Origin: Christensenellaceae bacterium
GTDB lineage: Bacteria > Bacillota > Clostridia > Christensenellales > Borkfalkiaceae
Direction of reading: 5' to 3'
Assembly: GCA_045644785.1 (NCBI GenBank)
Contig: JAZRHN010000027.1
Coordinates: forward strand, 1-39,842
DNA: 39,842 nucleotides
This document shows, piece by piece, positions 7,120-14,675 of the stretch (its first letter is position 1; the number at the start of each line of letters is the position of its first letter). Below the pieces are notes generated by a model. The model had not been told where the DNA came from. It saw only the letters and a program-made list of their open reading frames with translations, and did no database searches. Made by a program: the position numbers and the translations under genes.

Positions 7120-7394
7120 AAAGTATTATAGGAAACGAAAAGGTTTGTTGGGTGTGCGGAAGAACTACAAACATTCATAAACATCACATTTATTTCGGCG
7201 CTAACCGAAGTATAAGCGAAAAAAATGGTTTTACAGTTTATCTTTGCGGACATCATCACAACTTATCGAACGAAGGTGTGCATTTTAATAGAGAGTTAGA
7301 TTTAGAACTTAAAAGGCTATGTCAGACAATCTATGAAAGAACTCACACGAGAGAAGAATTTATGAAATTAATAGGAAAAAATTATTTAGATTAA
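7116..7394 (+). CDS. Zinc-binding CxxC/HH protein (HNH-like fold possible), function unknown
   Basis: CWVCG...HKHH...LCGHHHN...GVHFN. I prefer the GTG at 7116 (GGAGAG RBS, GTGA overlap) over the ATG at 7095. Confidence 0.5.
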   Translation: MKSIIGNEKVCWVCGRTTNIHKHHIYFGANRSISEKNGFTVYLCGHHHNLSNEGVHFNRELDLELKRLCQTIYERTHTREEFMKLIGKNYLD

Positions 7395-7403
7395 GGAGAA
7401 AAT

Positions 7404-7790
7404 ATGAACAAAGTTTTTTTAGTTGGAAATTTAACGAGAGACCCTGAACTTAACGAAACGCCAAACGGCGCATCGCTATGCAAATTTGGCATTGCGGTAT
7501 CAAGAGACTATACGAACGGAGACGGAACAAGAGAAAGTGATTTTTTTAATATCGTTGTATGGCGCGGATTGGCTGAAAATTGCGCAAAGTATTTAACGAA
7601 AGGCAATAAGGTTGCGGTGTGTGGAAAATTGGAAACGCGCTCTTATGAAGATAAAGACGGTATTAAGAGAAACGTAACCGACATCGTTGCAAGTGACGTA
7701 GAGTTTTTAACACCAAAACAACAAGGCGAAACTATCACAAGAGAAAGACCGACTTTAACACCGATTGATGACAATCAACTTCCGTCCTAG
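7404..7790 (+). CDS. ssb: Single-stranded DNA-binding protein
   Basis: OB-fold SSB signature (VFLVGNLTRDPEL..., FFNIVVWRGLAENCAKYLTKG) with an acidic C-terminal tip DDNQLPS. Confidence 0.9.
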   Translation: MNKVFLVGNLTRDPELNETPNGASLCKFGIAVSRDYTNGDGTRESDFFNIVVWRGLAENCAKYLTKGNKVAVCGKLETRSYEDKDGIKRNVTDIVASDVEFLTPKQQGETITRERPTLTPIDDNQLPS

Positions 7791-7801
7791 GTGGTGAGGA
7801 T

Positions 7802-8374
7802 ATGAATTATAGACAAGTCATTGCGATTGAAAACAAAAATAAAAAGCGTTTAACCGACTTGTTTGGCAATATTCCTGATACTAGCGGTATTTACATTTTA
7901 ACGCGTAGAGAAAATGGTTTTAAGTATGCCTACATAGGACAAGCAAAACATCTTCTAACGCGGTTATCACAACACTTGGTAGGTTATCAGCATATCGACT
8001 TAAGCCTAAAAAAACACGGCTTGAAAAGTAAAGATAATCCATTCGGGTGGAAAGTTGATTTTATGGAATACCCCGAAGACCAACTTGACTCTAGAGAGCA
8101 GTTTCTAATTAAACAATACGCTAATGTCGGCTGGCAATTAAGAAACAAGACCGCAGGCGGACAAGGCGAAGGAAAATTCGAGATTGCGGAAACTAAAGAG
8201 CGAAAAGGTTATCGAGACGGATTGCTGCAAGGTTATAAAAACGCGCAAAAAGACATATCAAAGTTATTTGATAAAAACCTAACTTTTGGTATTAATGGCA
8301 CAACGAATAAGAATAAAGAGAAAGCGCTGCAAAAGTTTAAGGATTTTTTAGGGGGAGAAGATGGCGGAATATAG
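7802..8374 (+). CDS. GIY-YIG domain nuclease
   Basis: SGIYILT...YAYIGQAKHLLTRLSQH matches the GIY...YIG...R pattern. Confidence 0.7.
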   Translation: MNYRQVIAIENKNKKRLTDLFGNIPDTSGIYILTRRENGFKYAYIGQAKHLLTRLSQHLVGYQHIDLSLKKHGLKSKDNPFGWKVDFMEYPEDQLDSREQFLIKQYANVGWQLRNKTAGGQGEGKFEIAETKERKGYRDGLLQGYKNAQKDISKLFDKNLTFGINGTTNKNKEKALQKFKDFLGGEDGGI

Positions 8375-9098
8375 AAAGGATAAATTTTATTGGTTTAAGT
8401 TGAAAGATGATTTCTTCAAACGCCACGATATTAAAATTATTAAATCTATGCAGAACGGAAAAGATTACGTTATTTTCTATCTTCAGTTGCTATGCGAAAG
8501 TTTATCGCACGAAGGCAAGTTAAGGTTTAATGAAGAAGTTCCATATAACGAAGAAATGCTTTCAGTTATAACCGACACGAACATAGACGTTGTTAGGTCG
8601 GCGATGAAGTTGTTTAGGCAGTTAGGACTTATTGAAGTTATGGACGACCAAACAATTTATATGACTAAACTTCAAAGTATGATAGGTAGCACTACAATAG
8701 GTGCTGAAAAAAAGCAGATTCAATTAGATAGAAAAAAACAAGAATTATTAGGGGGTGGAACAAAGGTGGAAAATTTTCCACCAGAGATAGAGAAAGAGAA
8801 AGAGATAGAGATAGAGATAGAGAAAGATAATAATAATTTAAATAATAATAAACAAACATACATAACTAACGGCGTTGCGTTGTTTAATGCAATTCTTGAA
8901 GAAATTAGGGATAATATCACACCGCTTGCTTATAAATCATTTATCGGAAAGATAGAGTGTGTCGGAATAAACGGAAATAGAATCGTAATTAATAGCATTA
9001 CACCAAAAATGATAGATGATAATTATGGCGAGATAATTGTTAAGGCAATAAGAAAGGTAAGCAATAGCGAGTTAGTTGGGTATGAGTGGGGAGAGTAA
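8361..9098 (+). CDS. Phage replisome organizer (N-terminal domain family)
   Basis: FYWFKLKDDFF...MQNGKDYVIFYLQLLCESLSHEGKL is typical of replisome-organizer N domains. There is an internal low-complexity EIEKEKEIEIEIEK segment. Confidence 0.75.
   Translation: MAEYRKDKFYWFKLKDDFFKRHDIKIIKSMQNGKDYVIFYLQLLCESLSHEGKLRFNEEVPYNEEMLSVITDTNIDVVRSAMKLFRQLGLIEVMDDQTIYMTKLQSMIGSTTIGAEKKQIQLDRKKQELLGGGTKVENFPPEIEKEKEIEIEIEKDNNNLNNNKQTYITNGVALFNAILEEIRDNITPLAYKSFIGKIECVGINGNRIVINSITPKMIDDNYGEIIVKAIRKVSNSELVGYEWGE
8765..8862. other. Candidate replication origin inside the replisome-organizer gene
   Basis: Perfect 18-bp palindrome GGTGGAAAATTTTCCACC (8765-8782), then GAGATA/GAGAAA iterons (about 8784-8828), then an AT-only stretch. 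Confidence 0.4.
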
Positions 9099-9102
9099 GG
9101 TT

Positions 9103-9351
9103 GTGAAAAATAAGTTGTTTGTGTGTAAGGAAAAATACAAAAATAATCGTTGCTATATTATAACAACGTGCAAGAATAGGGCAAAGTTTCTTTTTTATTT
9201 AGAGTATAACGAGTGTAAGTTTGAAGATATTACTTGCAATCTTGTAGAAGGTGTTAATGTCAAAAATCAAAAAGAGCAAATGTTAAAGGAAACATCGCCG
9301 TTTATTAAGAGTTTAGGGATAGGTTCTAAAGATGCAAATATCAATATTTGA
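9103..9351 (+). CDS. Hypothetical protein (Cys-containing, 82 aa from GTG 9103; the track ORF starts at 9076)
   Basis: ORF with a GGGGAGAG RBS-like sequence before GTG 9103. The start is uncertain. Confidence 0.45.
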   Translation: MKNKLFVCKEKYKNNRCYIITTCKNRAKFLFYLEYNECKFEDITCNLVEGVNVKNQKEQMLKETSPFIKSLGIGSKDANINI

Positions 9352-10255
9352 CGGTTCAATGCCTTTTAAGATAGATAAACCGATAAGGCTTATAGAGTTA
9401 TTCGCAGGCTATGGTAGTCAATCACTTGCGTTAAAGTATTTAGGTGTTCAATATCAACACCACAAAATAAGCGAGTGGGCGGTAAGGTCAATTCAAGCGT
9501 ATAAAGATTTACATTTTAGTGAAGATACTACCGATTATTCTGACGGACATAGTATTGAAGAAATTAAAAACTTCTTAAAAGGTAGAATAAGTTACGATTA
9601 TTCAACGCCTGCAAGTGATGAAAGAATAAACAAAATGTCTGAAACAGAATCAAGAAAGATTTTCAGTAATATGGTGTGTTCGAAAAATTTAGGTTCTATT
9701 ATGGGAATTAAAGGCGAAGAATTAGAAATAACCGATACCGATAAATACTGCTACATAATGACTTATTCGTTTCCTTGTCAAGATTTATCAAGTGCAGGCA
9801 AAGGTGCAGGTATGGGTAGAGATAGCGGAACACGAAGCGGTTTGTTATGGGAAGTGGAAAGACTGCTTAAAGAAACACCAAATTTACCACAAGTGCTTTT
9901 AATGGAAAATGTGCCTGAAGTAATTGGAACGAATAATATTAAACATTTTGCACAATGGGTAGAGTTTTTAGAAAGGTTAGATTACAAGTGCAAGTGGGGC
10001 GTGTTAAATAGTAAGAATTTCCAAATACCGCAAAATAGAGAGCGATGCTTTATGGTTAGTGTTTTAGGAGATTATTATTACGATATGCCTGAAAGTTGCG
10101 GACTAAAACTTAAACTTAAAGATGTGTTGGAACATAACGTAGATGAGAGTTTTTACTTGTCGGATAGGATTGTAAACTACTTTGAAAACCATAGCAAAGA
10201 GTGTGAAGAAAAGGGAAACGGTTTTAGGTTTACCCCGACTGATGGGGGGGTATAG
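9332..10255 (+). CDS. DNA (cytosine-5)-methyltransferase, N-terminal catalytic portion (motifs I-VIII), ending 2 codons after a G7 tract
   Basis: FAGYGS (motif I), SFPCQDLS (IV), ENVPEV (VI), QNRERCF (VIII). Reads GAT GGG GGG GTA TAG at 10241-10255. Confidence 0.85.
   Translation: MQISIFDGSMPFKIDKPIRLIELFAGYGSQSLALKYLGVQYQHHKISEWAVRSIQAYKDLHFSEDTTDYSDGHSIEEIKNFLKGRISYDYSTPASDERINKMSETESRKIFSNMVCSKNLGSIMGIKGEELEITDTDKYCYIMTYSFPCQDLSSAGKGAGMGRDSGTRSGLLWEVERLLKETPNLPQVLLMENVPEVIGTNNIKHFAQWVEFLERLDYKCKWGVLNSKNFQIPQNRERCFMVSVLGDYYYDMPESCGLKLKLKDVLEHNVDESFYLSDRIVNYFENHSKECEEKGNGFRFTPTDGGV
10244..10250 (+). repeat. Poly-G tract 1 (G7)
   Basis: Counted in the sequence. Lies at the frame junction at the end of the MTase N-terminal ORF. 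Confidence 0.95.
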
Positions 10256-10317
10256 GTCGGACAATAACAACGCGAGCAGGCGGACGTATGGACGATAACT
10301 ATATCAAAGAATTATGA
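10252..10317 (+). other. TRD-like module 1 (IGRTITTRAGGRMDDNYIKEL), read only if tract 1 gains one G
   Basis: Manual translation of the frame starting at 10252. Ends at TGA 10315-10317, which overlaps ATG 10314-10316 of the next ORF (ATGA). Confidence 0.4.
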
Positions 10318-10511
10318 ATAAAAAACTAATTGCGACTCTTGAGAAAGAGAGAGAAAAAATAATTAAGGGGGGGCAGATAGGGTATATAGATTGCTACAAC
10401 AAAACGATTTACAATGACGGGATTTGTGGAACAATAACGACAGGCGTAAGTTTTAGAAATCAATCCTTTATCATCGAATATGACGTTAGAACAAATAGCG
10501 AATTGGAATAG
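10314..10511 (+). CDS. MTase TRD-like fragment, module 2 (..GICGTITTGVSFRNQSFIIE..)
   Basis: 65-aa ORF with no RBS of its own but an ATGA overlap upstream. Contains the G7 tract in frame (KGGQ). Confidence 0.4.
   Translation: MNKKLIATLEKEREKIIKGGQIGYIDCYNKTIYNDGICGTITTGVSFRNQSFIIEYDVRTNSELE
10367..10373 (+). repeat. Poly-G tract 2 (G7)
   Basis: Counted in the sequence. Confidence 0.95.
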
Positions 10512-10686
10512 CCGACAAAATCCACTTGAAAAGGTTTATGGCAAGGAAAGTATCGCACCTACAATAACAACAAGGGTTGCAGAAAGTATAGGGGGGGGTA
10601 TAAATGCATCTACAATTCTTATATGCGAAGATTTTAACGAAATAAGAAATTTGCGAGATATATACCGAACGAAATATGAAAAGTAA
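10480..10686 (+). CDS. MTase TRD-like fragment, module 3 (..VYGKESIAPTITTRVAESIGGG..)
   Basis: The frame is open from 10450 and there is no RBS before ATG 10480. Contains the G8 tract in frame. Confidence 0.35.
   Translation: MTLEQIANWNSRQNPLEKVYGKESIAPTITTRVAESIGGGINASTILICEDFNEIRNLRDIYRTKYEK
10591..10598 (+). repeat. Poly-G tract 3 (G8)
   Basis: Counted in the sequence. Confidence 0.95.
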
Positions 10687-10846
10687 TATAAAAGTTTGGG
10701 ACGGCTTTAATCAACAAATACGCAAAGATAGTTCGTGTGTAGGAACGATAACACGGAACGTAGGTGCGGACTTGAAAAGAAACGGACAAGGAATTATTGA
10801 GGGGGGGTGGATATGGAAGATAGAAAATATAGAATACGCAAATTAA
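10676..10846 (+). CDS. MTase TRD-like fragment, module 4 (MKSNIKVWDGFNQQIRKDSSCVGTITRNVGADLKRNGQGIIEGG..)
   Basis: 56-aa ORF found by manual translation (below the track cutoff). A +1 G change in tract 4 would fuse it to the motif IX/X domain. Confidence 0.35.
   Translation: MKSNIKVWDGFNQQIRKDSSCVGTITRNVGADLKRNGQGIIEGGWIWKIENIEYAN
10801..10807 (+). repeat. Poly-G tract 4 (G7)
   Basis: Counted in the sequence. GAGGGGGGG lies 5 nt upstream of ATG 10813 and could also act as a Shine-Dalgarno sequence. Confidence 0.95.
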
Positions 10847-11061
10847 CACCAAAAGAGTGCTGGCGTTTAATGGGTGTGAAAGATGAAGATTATGAAAAGG
10901 TTGCAAAAAATCAAAGTAATTCAAGTCTTTATCACTTGGCAGGCGACAGTATAGTAACAAGTTGTCTTATGGCGCTATTCGGGGAAATGACCGATATTGA
11001 CTATAAGGGAAAAATTAAAAAATTAGCGGAGAGTTTAAGAGATGAGAAAGAAAACGATTAA
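10807..11061 (+). CDS. DNA (cytosine-5)-methyltransferase C-terminal portion (motifs IX-X)
   Basis: YRIRKLTPKECWRLMGV (motif IX) and LAGDSIV (motif X, GNS-like). The start may be GTG 10807 or ATG 10813. Confidence 0.8.
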   Translation: MDMEDRKYRIRKLTPKECWRLMGVKDEDYEKVAKNQSNSSLYHLAGDSIVTSCLMALFGEMTDIDYKGKIKKLAESLRDEKEND

Positions 11062-11263
11062 ACAATTTGAAAAAGTAGTGGATAGTATAGAAAAAATAGA
11101 GGCGTATTTAGTGGCGTTAGATAACAATATGCCGATAGGCGAGTTAGCAAAAAAACTTGTAATGCAAGAGTTTTGTTGTAACTGCACAAAGGCGATGCAA
11201 CAATTAAGCCACTTAAAAACGTTAGTAATTGAAGATATTTCGGGGGTAGGAGATGAAAAATAA
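11042..11263 (+). CDS. Hypothetical protein
   Basis: 73-aa ORF with GGAGAG upstream. Confidence 0.55.
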   Translation: MRKKTIKQFEKVVDSIEKIEAYLVALDNNMPIGELAKKLVMQEFCCNCTKAMQQLSHLKTLVIEDISGVGDEK

Positions 11264-11696
11264 CAGATGTGTAAAATGTAATGCAATTATTCCTGAAGGC
11301 AGACAAGTTTGCCCGAATTGTGAGGAGAATACAATGAAAGAGTATAAGAGAATTACAAGAAGAACAAAACTTGGCAACCCTTACATTGATTATAGTGAAA
11401 TTGATTTAGATGCTTTGGGTGTTATAAGACATTTTGCCGACATTGAAGATAAAATCGAGAACGGAACGCTTATTGAGTTGCCTTGTAGGTTAGGACAAAC
11501 AGTATATCGTATAAGAAGAAAGCCATATAAAGCCGTTTTAGAAAGATTTGTTGTAAATATAACATATTGTTATGACTATAAAGGACAACCTATGTGGCGA
11601 ATATTTACTACTACGGAAGATATACTTGGCAAGACCGTATTCCTAACCAAAACCGAAGCCGAAGCAAAATTAAAGGAGTTGCAAAATGAAACATAA
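11253..11696 (+). CDS. Hypothetical protein with N-terminal zinc ribbon (CVKC...CPNC)
   Basis: 147-aa ORF with a GGTAGGAG RBS. Confidence 0.6.
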   Translation: MKNNRCVKCNAIIPEGRQVCPNCEENTMKEYKRITRRTKLGNPYIDYSEIDLDALGVIRHFADIEDKIENGTLIELPCRLGQTVYRIRRKPYKAVLERFVVNITYCYDYKGQPMWRIFTTTEDILGKTVFLTKTEAEAKLKELQNET

Positions 11697-11886
11697 AAAA
11701 TTATTAGGGGTAATTTTATTGATTTTTTCAATAATTTTGTTGTTAGGTTTAGGTGTAGCAATAGGTTTTTATAATCAAATTGTGGAAATGGGTTTTGAGC
11801 CGACTGCTTTATTCTTTTTTGTAGGACTGCTATCGTTTTCAGGAATAATATGCGGTGGTGTGCTTGCTTTTACGGAGGGTTTATAA
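11686..11886 (+). CDS. Small membrane protein (two hydrophobic helices)
   Basis: 66 aa, LLGVILLIFSIILLLGLGVAIGF and ALFFFVGLLSFSGIICGGVLAF. AAAGGAG RBS. Confidence 0.55.
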   Translation: MKHKKLLGVILLIFSIILLLGLGVAIGFYNQIVEMGFEPTALFFFVGLLSFSGIICGGVLAFTEGL

Positions 11887-11887
11887 A

Positions 11888-12088
11888 ATGAATGATAACT
11901 TAAAACCTTGCCCCTTTTGTGGAAGCAATAAAGTAGAAAAGATAGAAAGAACGGGTTGGGGTGTTGGAACTCTTGTAAGAACAAGAATAGAATGTAAAAA
12001 TTGTGGCATAAAGACACGAATATTTTATAGTTACGAAAAAGATACTGCTGAAGAATATTGGAATAGGAGAGTAGAAAATGAAAGATAA
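11888..12088 (+). CDS. Lar-family restriction-alleviation-like protein
   Basis: LKPCPFCGS...CKNCG...AEEYWNRR matches the Lar-family pattern. ATG 11888 has a GGAGGG RBS. Confidence 0.55.
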   Translation: MNDNLKPCPFCGSNKVEKIERTGWGVGTLVRTRIECKNCGIKTRIFYSYEKDTAEEYWNRRVENER

Positions 12089-12479
12089 AGAAAAGCAGAC
12101 TATAAACGAAATTAAGCGAATCATAGACGATAGGTGCGAGGCAGAATTAGGGCAAGTACACGCAAACAGTAAAGACGGAAAAGTTACTAAAACAGTTGAT
12201 ACAATTTTAATAGCGAAAGATATTTACAAATACCTATATGAGAAGTTTGAAAAAAACAAACAGGCAATGGCATACCGTATTGTAGAATTAGAAAAATTAC
12301 TTGATGCAAAATGCGATAGGTGTATTGAGCGTGAACGCAAGGAAACGGCAGAGAAGATTTATTTACAAGCAAAAACAATAGTGGATAATACCAAATATAT
12401 TGTTCAAGGTAGAGAATATTTGCATATTGACGCTTTGAAAGAAATTATAAAGTCTTGTGGTGTTGAAATAAAGGAGTAG
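12078..12479 (+). CDS. Hypothetical protein
   Basis: 133-aa ORF with a GGAGAG RBS. Confidence 0.6.
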   Translation: MKDKEKQTINEIKRIIDDRCEAELGQVHANSKDGKVTKTVDTILIAKDIYKYLYEKFEKNKQAMAYRIVELEKLLDAKCDRCIERERKETAEKIYLQAKTIVDNTKYIVQGREYLHIDALKEIIKSCGVEIKE

Positions 12480-12520
12480 ATTATGAACAAATTAAAGATT
12501 GAAAGTTTAGGAGAATAGTT

Positions 12521-13252
12521 ATGAAATATATAGGAGCAAAAACAAAGATAGCAAAGGATATTGTGCCTATTATACAAAATTATATTGACAATAATAATAT
12601 TGAACTTTACATAGAGCCTTTTGTTGGGGGGTTTAACGTAATTGACAAGATAAAGTGTTATAAGAGAATTGGTAGCGATATTGATTGTCTTGTAACTGAT
12701 TTAGTAATTGATTGCAAGAATAACCCAAAACTATTAGTAAACTTGCCTGAACTACCAACGAGAGAACATTATTACGATGTAAGAGATAATGCCGAACATT
12801 ATAGTAATTGGTATAGGTCTGCAATACTTTTATTTGCAAGTTATAATGCAAGGGTTTATGGTGGTTGTTATGGGGCATTTGCTAAAACAAAAGACGGCAA
12901 AATTAGAAACTATTTTCAAGAAGCAAAACGAAATTTTGAAAAACAATTACCTTTATTGAAAGATATTGAAGTTCAATGTAAAGACTATAAAAGCGTTTAT
13001 TGTGAAAATGCCTTGATTTATTGCGATATACCTTATAAGCAGAGCATAGGTTATTCTACCGACTTTAAGCACGAAGAATTTTATGATTGGTGCGAAAAAC
13101 AAACAAAACAAGGTAACATAGTGCTTGTTAGTGAATACGAAATGCCTGAAGGTAGATTTGAGTGTATTTGGCAAAAACAAGTAAAAACACATCAAAACAA
13201 TAGGAATAAACTTGATAAGGTTGAAAAACTATTTATTTGTAAAGGAGAATAA
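12521..13252 (+). CDS. DNA N6-adenine methyltransferase (D12/Dam-like)
   Basis: MKYIGAKTKI N-terminus, EPFVGGFN (motif I), CDIPY (DPPY-like motif IV). Confidence 0.8.
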   Translation: MKYIGAKTKIAKDIVPIIQNYIDNNNIELYIEPFVGGFNVIDKIKCYKRIGSDIDCLVTDLVIDCKNNPKLLVNLPELPTREHYYDVRDNAEHYSNWYRSAILLFASYNARVYGGCYGAFAKTKDGKIRNYFQEAKRNFEKQLPLLKDIEVQCKDYKSVYCENALIYCDIPYKQSIGYSTDFKHEEFYDWCEKQTKQGNIVLVSEYEMPEGRFECIWQKQVKTHQNNRNKLDKVEKLFICKGE

Positions 13253-13253
13253 T

Positions 13254-13769
13254 ATGAAAATCGAAAAAGTGAAAGAGATTAAAGAGAATTTAGAAGAAGA
13301 AATTAGTTTTTCAAAAGAATATGACCTTGAATTTAGGCGTATGTCATCAGACACTTTACAAGAGATTCTAACCCTAATCAACGAGTTGGAAAACGAGAAT
13401 GAAACTATAAAATTTAATATGCAAGAAACTGAAAAAGCAAGTTTTAACATTAACCAAATGAACGGAAATTTAGTTTTAGAAAACCAACAACTTAAAGACC
13501 GAATTGCCGAGCTGGAAAAGGAAAATGAAAGTTTATATGACAGTTATCACAAAGGCTATAAAGTAGGTTATGAATATGGAAAACAAGACGCAGTTTCTTC
13601 TGATAGAGCAGAAAGTGACAGTCAAACAAGCGAAACAACTCAAACCGATTATAAGTTAAAACAGTTTGCCGAAAGGTTGAAAGATAAAATGATTGTTCAT
13701 TATCCGTCAATTATAGAAAACATAGACGAAACCTTAAAGGAGTTTATAAATAAAGGAGTAAAAAGATGA
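13254..13769 (+). CDS. Coiled-coil hypothetical protein
   Basis: ATG 13254 has an AAGGAGA RBS. Heptad-rich sequence. Confidence 0.6.
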   Translation: MKIEKVKEIKENLEEEISFSKEYDLEFRRMSSDTLQEILTLINELENENETIKFNMQETEKASFNINQMNGNLVLENQQLKDRIAELEKENESLYDSYHKGYKVGYEYGKQDAVSSDRAESDSQTSETTQTDYKLKQFAERLKDKMIVHYPSIIENIDETLKEFINKGVKR

Positions 13770-14068
13770 AGAAAATTTTAGTTTTAATAATAGCAGTAGC
13801 AATTATGTGTTTATCACTTGTAGGGTGTAAAAATGAGCCTCATTGGTCGTATCAAGCGTGTATAGACGAACTTGTTACGGACGAGAAATCTACATATACG
13901 GTTAAAGAAATCGAGCATCAAGAAGTTGCAATAGGCGATGAAGAAATATATTGTTTTGACATAATAATAACAACAGAGGGCGAATCTATTAGATATTGTT
14001 GTTTCGCAGTTGTTTTAGGTGGCGAAGTTTCTTATGTTGATTGCGATGAGTGGGAATATTGGGAATAA
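13766..14068 (+). CDS. Putative lipoprotein
   Basis: Signal peptide with lipobox MKKILVLIIAVAIMCLSLVGC. Confidence 0.65.
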   Translation: MKKILVLIIAVAIMCLSLVGCKNEPHWSYQACIDELVTDEKSTYTVKEIEHQEVAIGDEEIYCFDIIITTEGESIRYCCFAVVLGGEVSYVDCDEWEYWE

Positions 14069-14081
14069 CGAGGGGTAAACT

Positions 14082-14522
14082 ATGATTCCAATATCAAAAC
14101 AAAACTTACAGCCGACTATTAAAAGTAATATAAGTTACGTTAATAGTATAGATGAGTTTGAGAAAATAAAACTTGAACCTAACGAAATAGCGATAAGATT
14201 TGACAACTTTAATCCGTGCTTTTATATGCGCAAGTGTGATAAGGACGGTAATTATTCCGACATAGATATTTACTTTTACGACCCGTTTGATACAAAGTTA
14301 AAAAGCATTGAAAGGCAAATGTTTGAACAGAAATGTAGAGATGCAGGACTTAACAAAATTAAAACACTTATTGCCTATATGTATTTCGTTGAAAACAAAA
14401 AACCTAAAGAAATATGGGAATATCTTTTGATAAACAAGATAGCCGATTATTCTTGGGATTACGTGAGAAATTTAAGGGGGATATTAAGAAAGAAGTTATT
14501 CTTAAACGAAATTAAATCGTAA
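14082..14522 (+). CDS. Hypothetical protein
   Basis: 146-aa ORF with a GAGGGG RBS. Confidence 0.6.
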   Translation: MIPISKQNLQPTIKSNISYVNSIDEFEKIKLEPNEIAIRFDNFNPCFYMRKCDKDGNYSDIDIYFYDPFDTKLKSIERQMFEQKCRDAGLNKIKTLIAYMYFVENKKPKEIWEYLLINKIADYSWDYVRNLRGILRKKLFLNEIKS

Positions 14523-14552
14523 CATTTTTGCCTAAAATCATAACATTTTTGA

Positions 14553-14580
14553 TTGCAATTTTTGCCTTTTTAGTTATAAA
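14553..14580 (+). promoter_or_regulatory. Candidate promoter TTGCAA-16-TATAAA upstream of the Gly/Cys-rich gene
   Basis: Read directly from the sequence. Flanked by direct repeats TAACATTTTTG (x2) and ATTTTTGCCT (x2) in 14520-14568. Confidence 0.35.
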
Positions 14581-14675
14581 ACAAAGCCAACAAAATAGAC
14601 AGTTTTATTCTACCATATTTGTAGAGTATCGGTGCGCAAGGTATTCGAAAAATACAAAAAAAGGAGAATAAAATT

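Noticed and set aside
8784-8828. GAGATA/GAGAAA repeats as a mobile-element scar or a separate gene
   Set aside because: The repeats stay in frame within the replisome-organizer ORF (EIEKEK...). They are better explained as an intragenic iteron or linker region.
10604-10645. 13-codon ORF (ATG 10604) placed 5 nt after poly-G tract 3, as if the tract were its Shine-Dalgarno sequence
   Set aside because: The product is only 13 aa (MHLQFLYAKILTK) with no recognisable feature, so it is probably fortuitous. By contrast, the same geometry at tract 4 leads into the real motif IX/X domain.
12626-12631. G6 run in the Dam-like methyltransferase as a fifth phase-variation tract
   Set aside because: It is in frame and only six G long, and it encodes the conserved motif I glycines. 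It is noted but not claimed as a switch.
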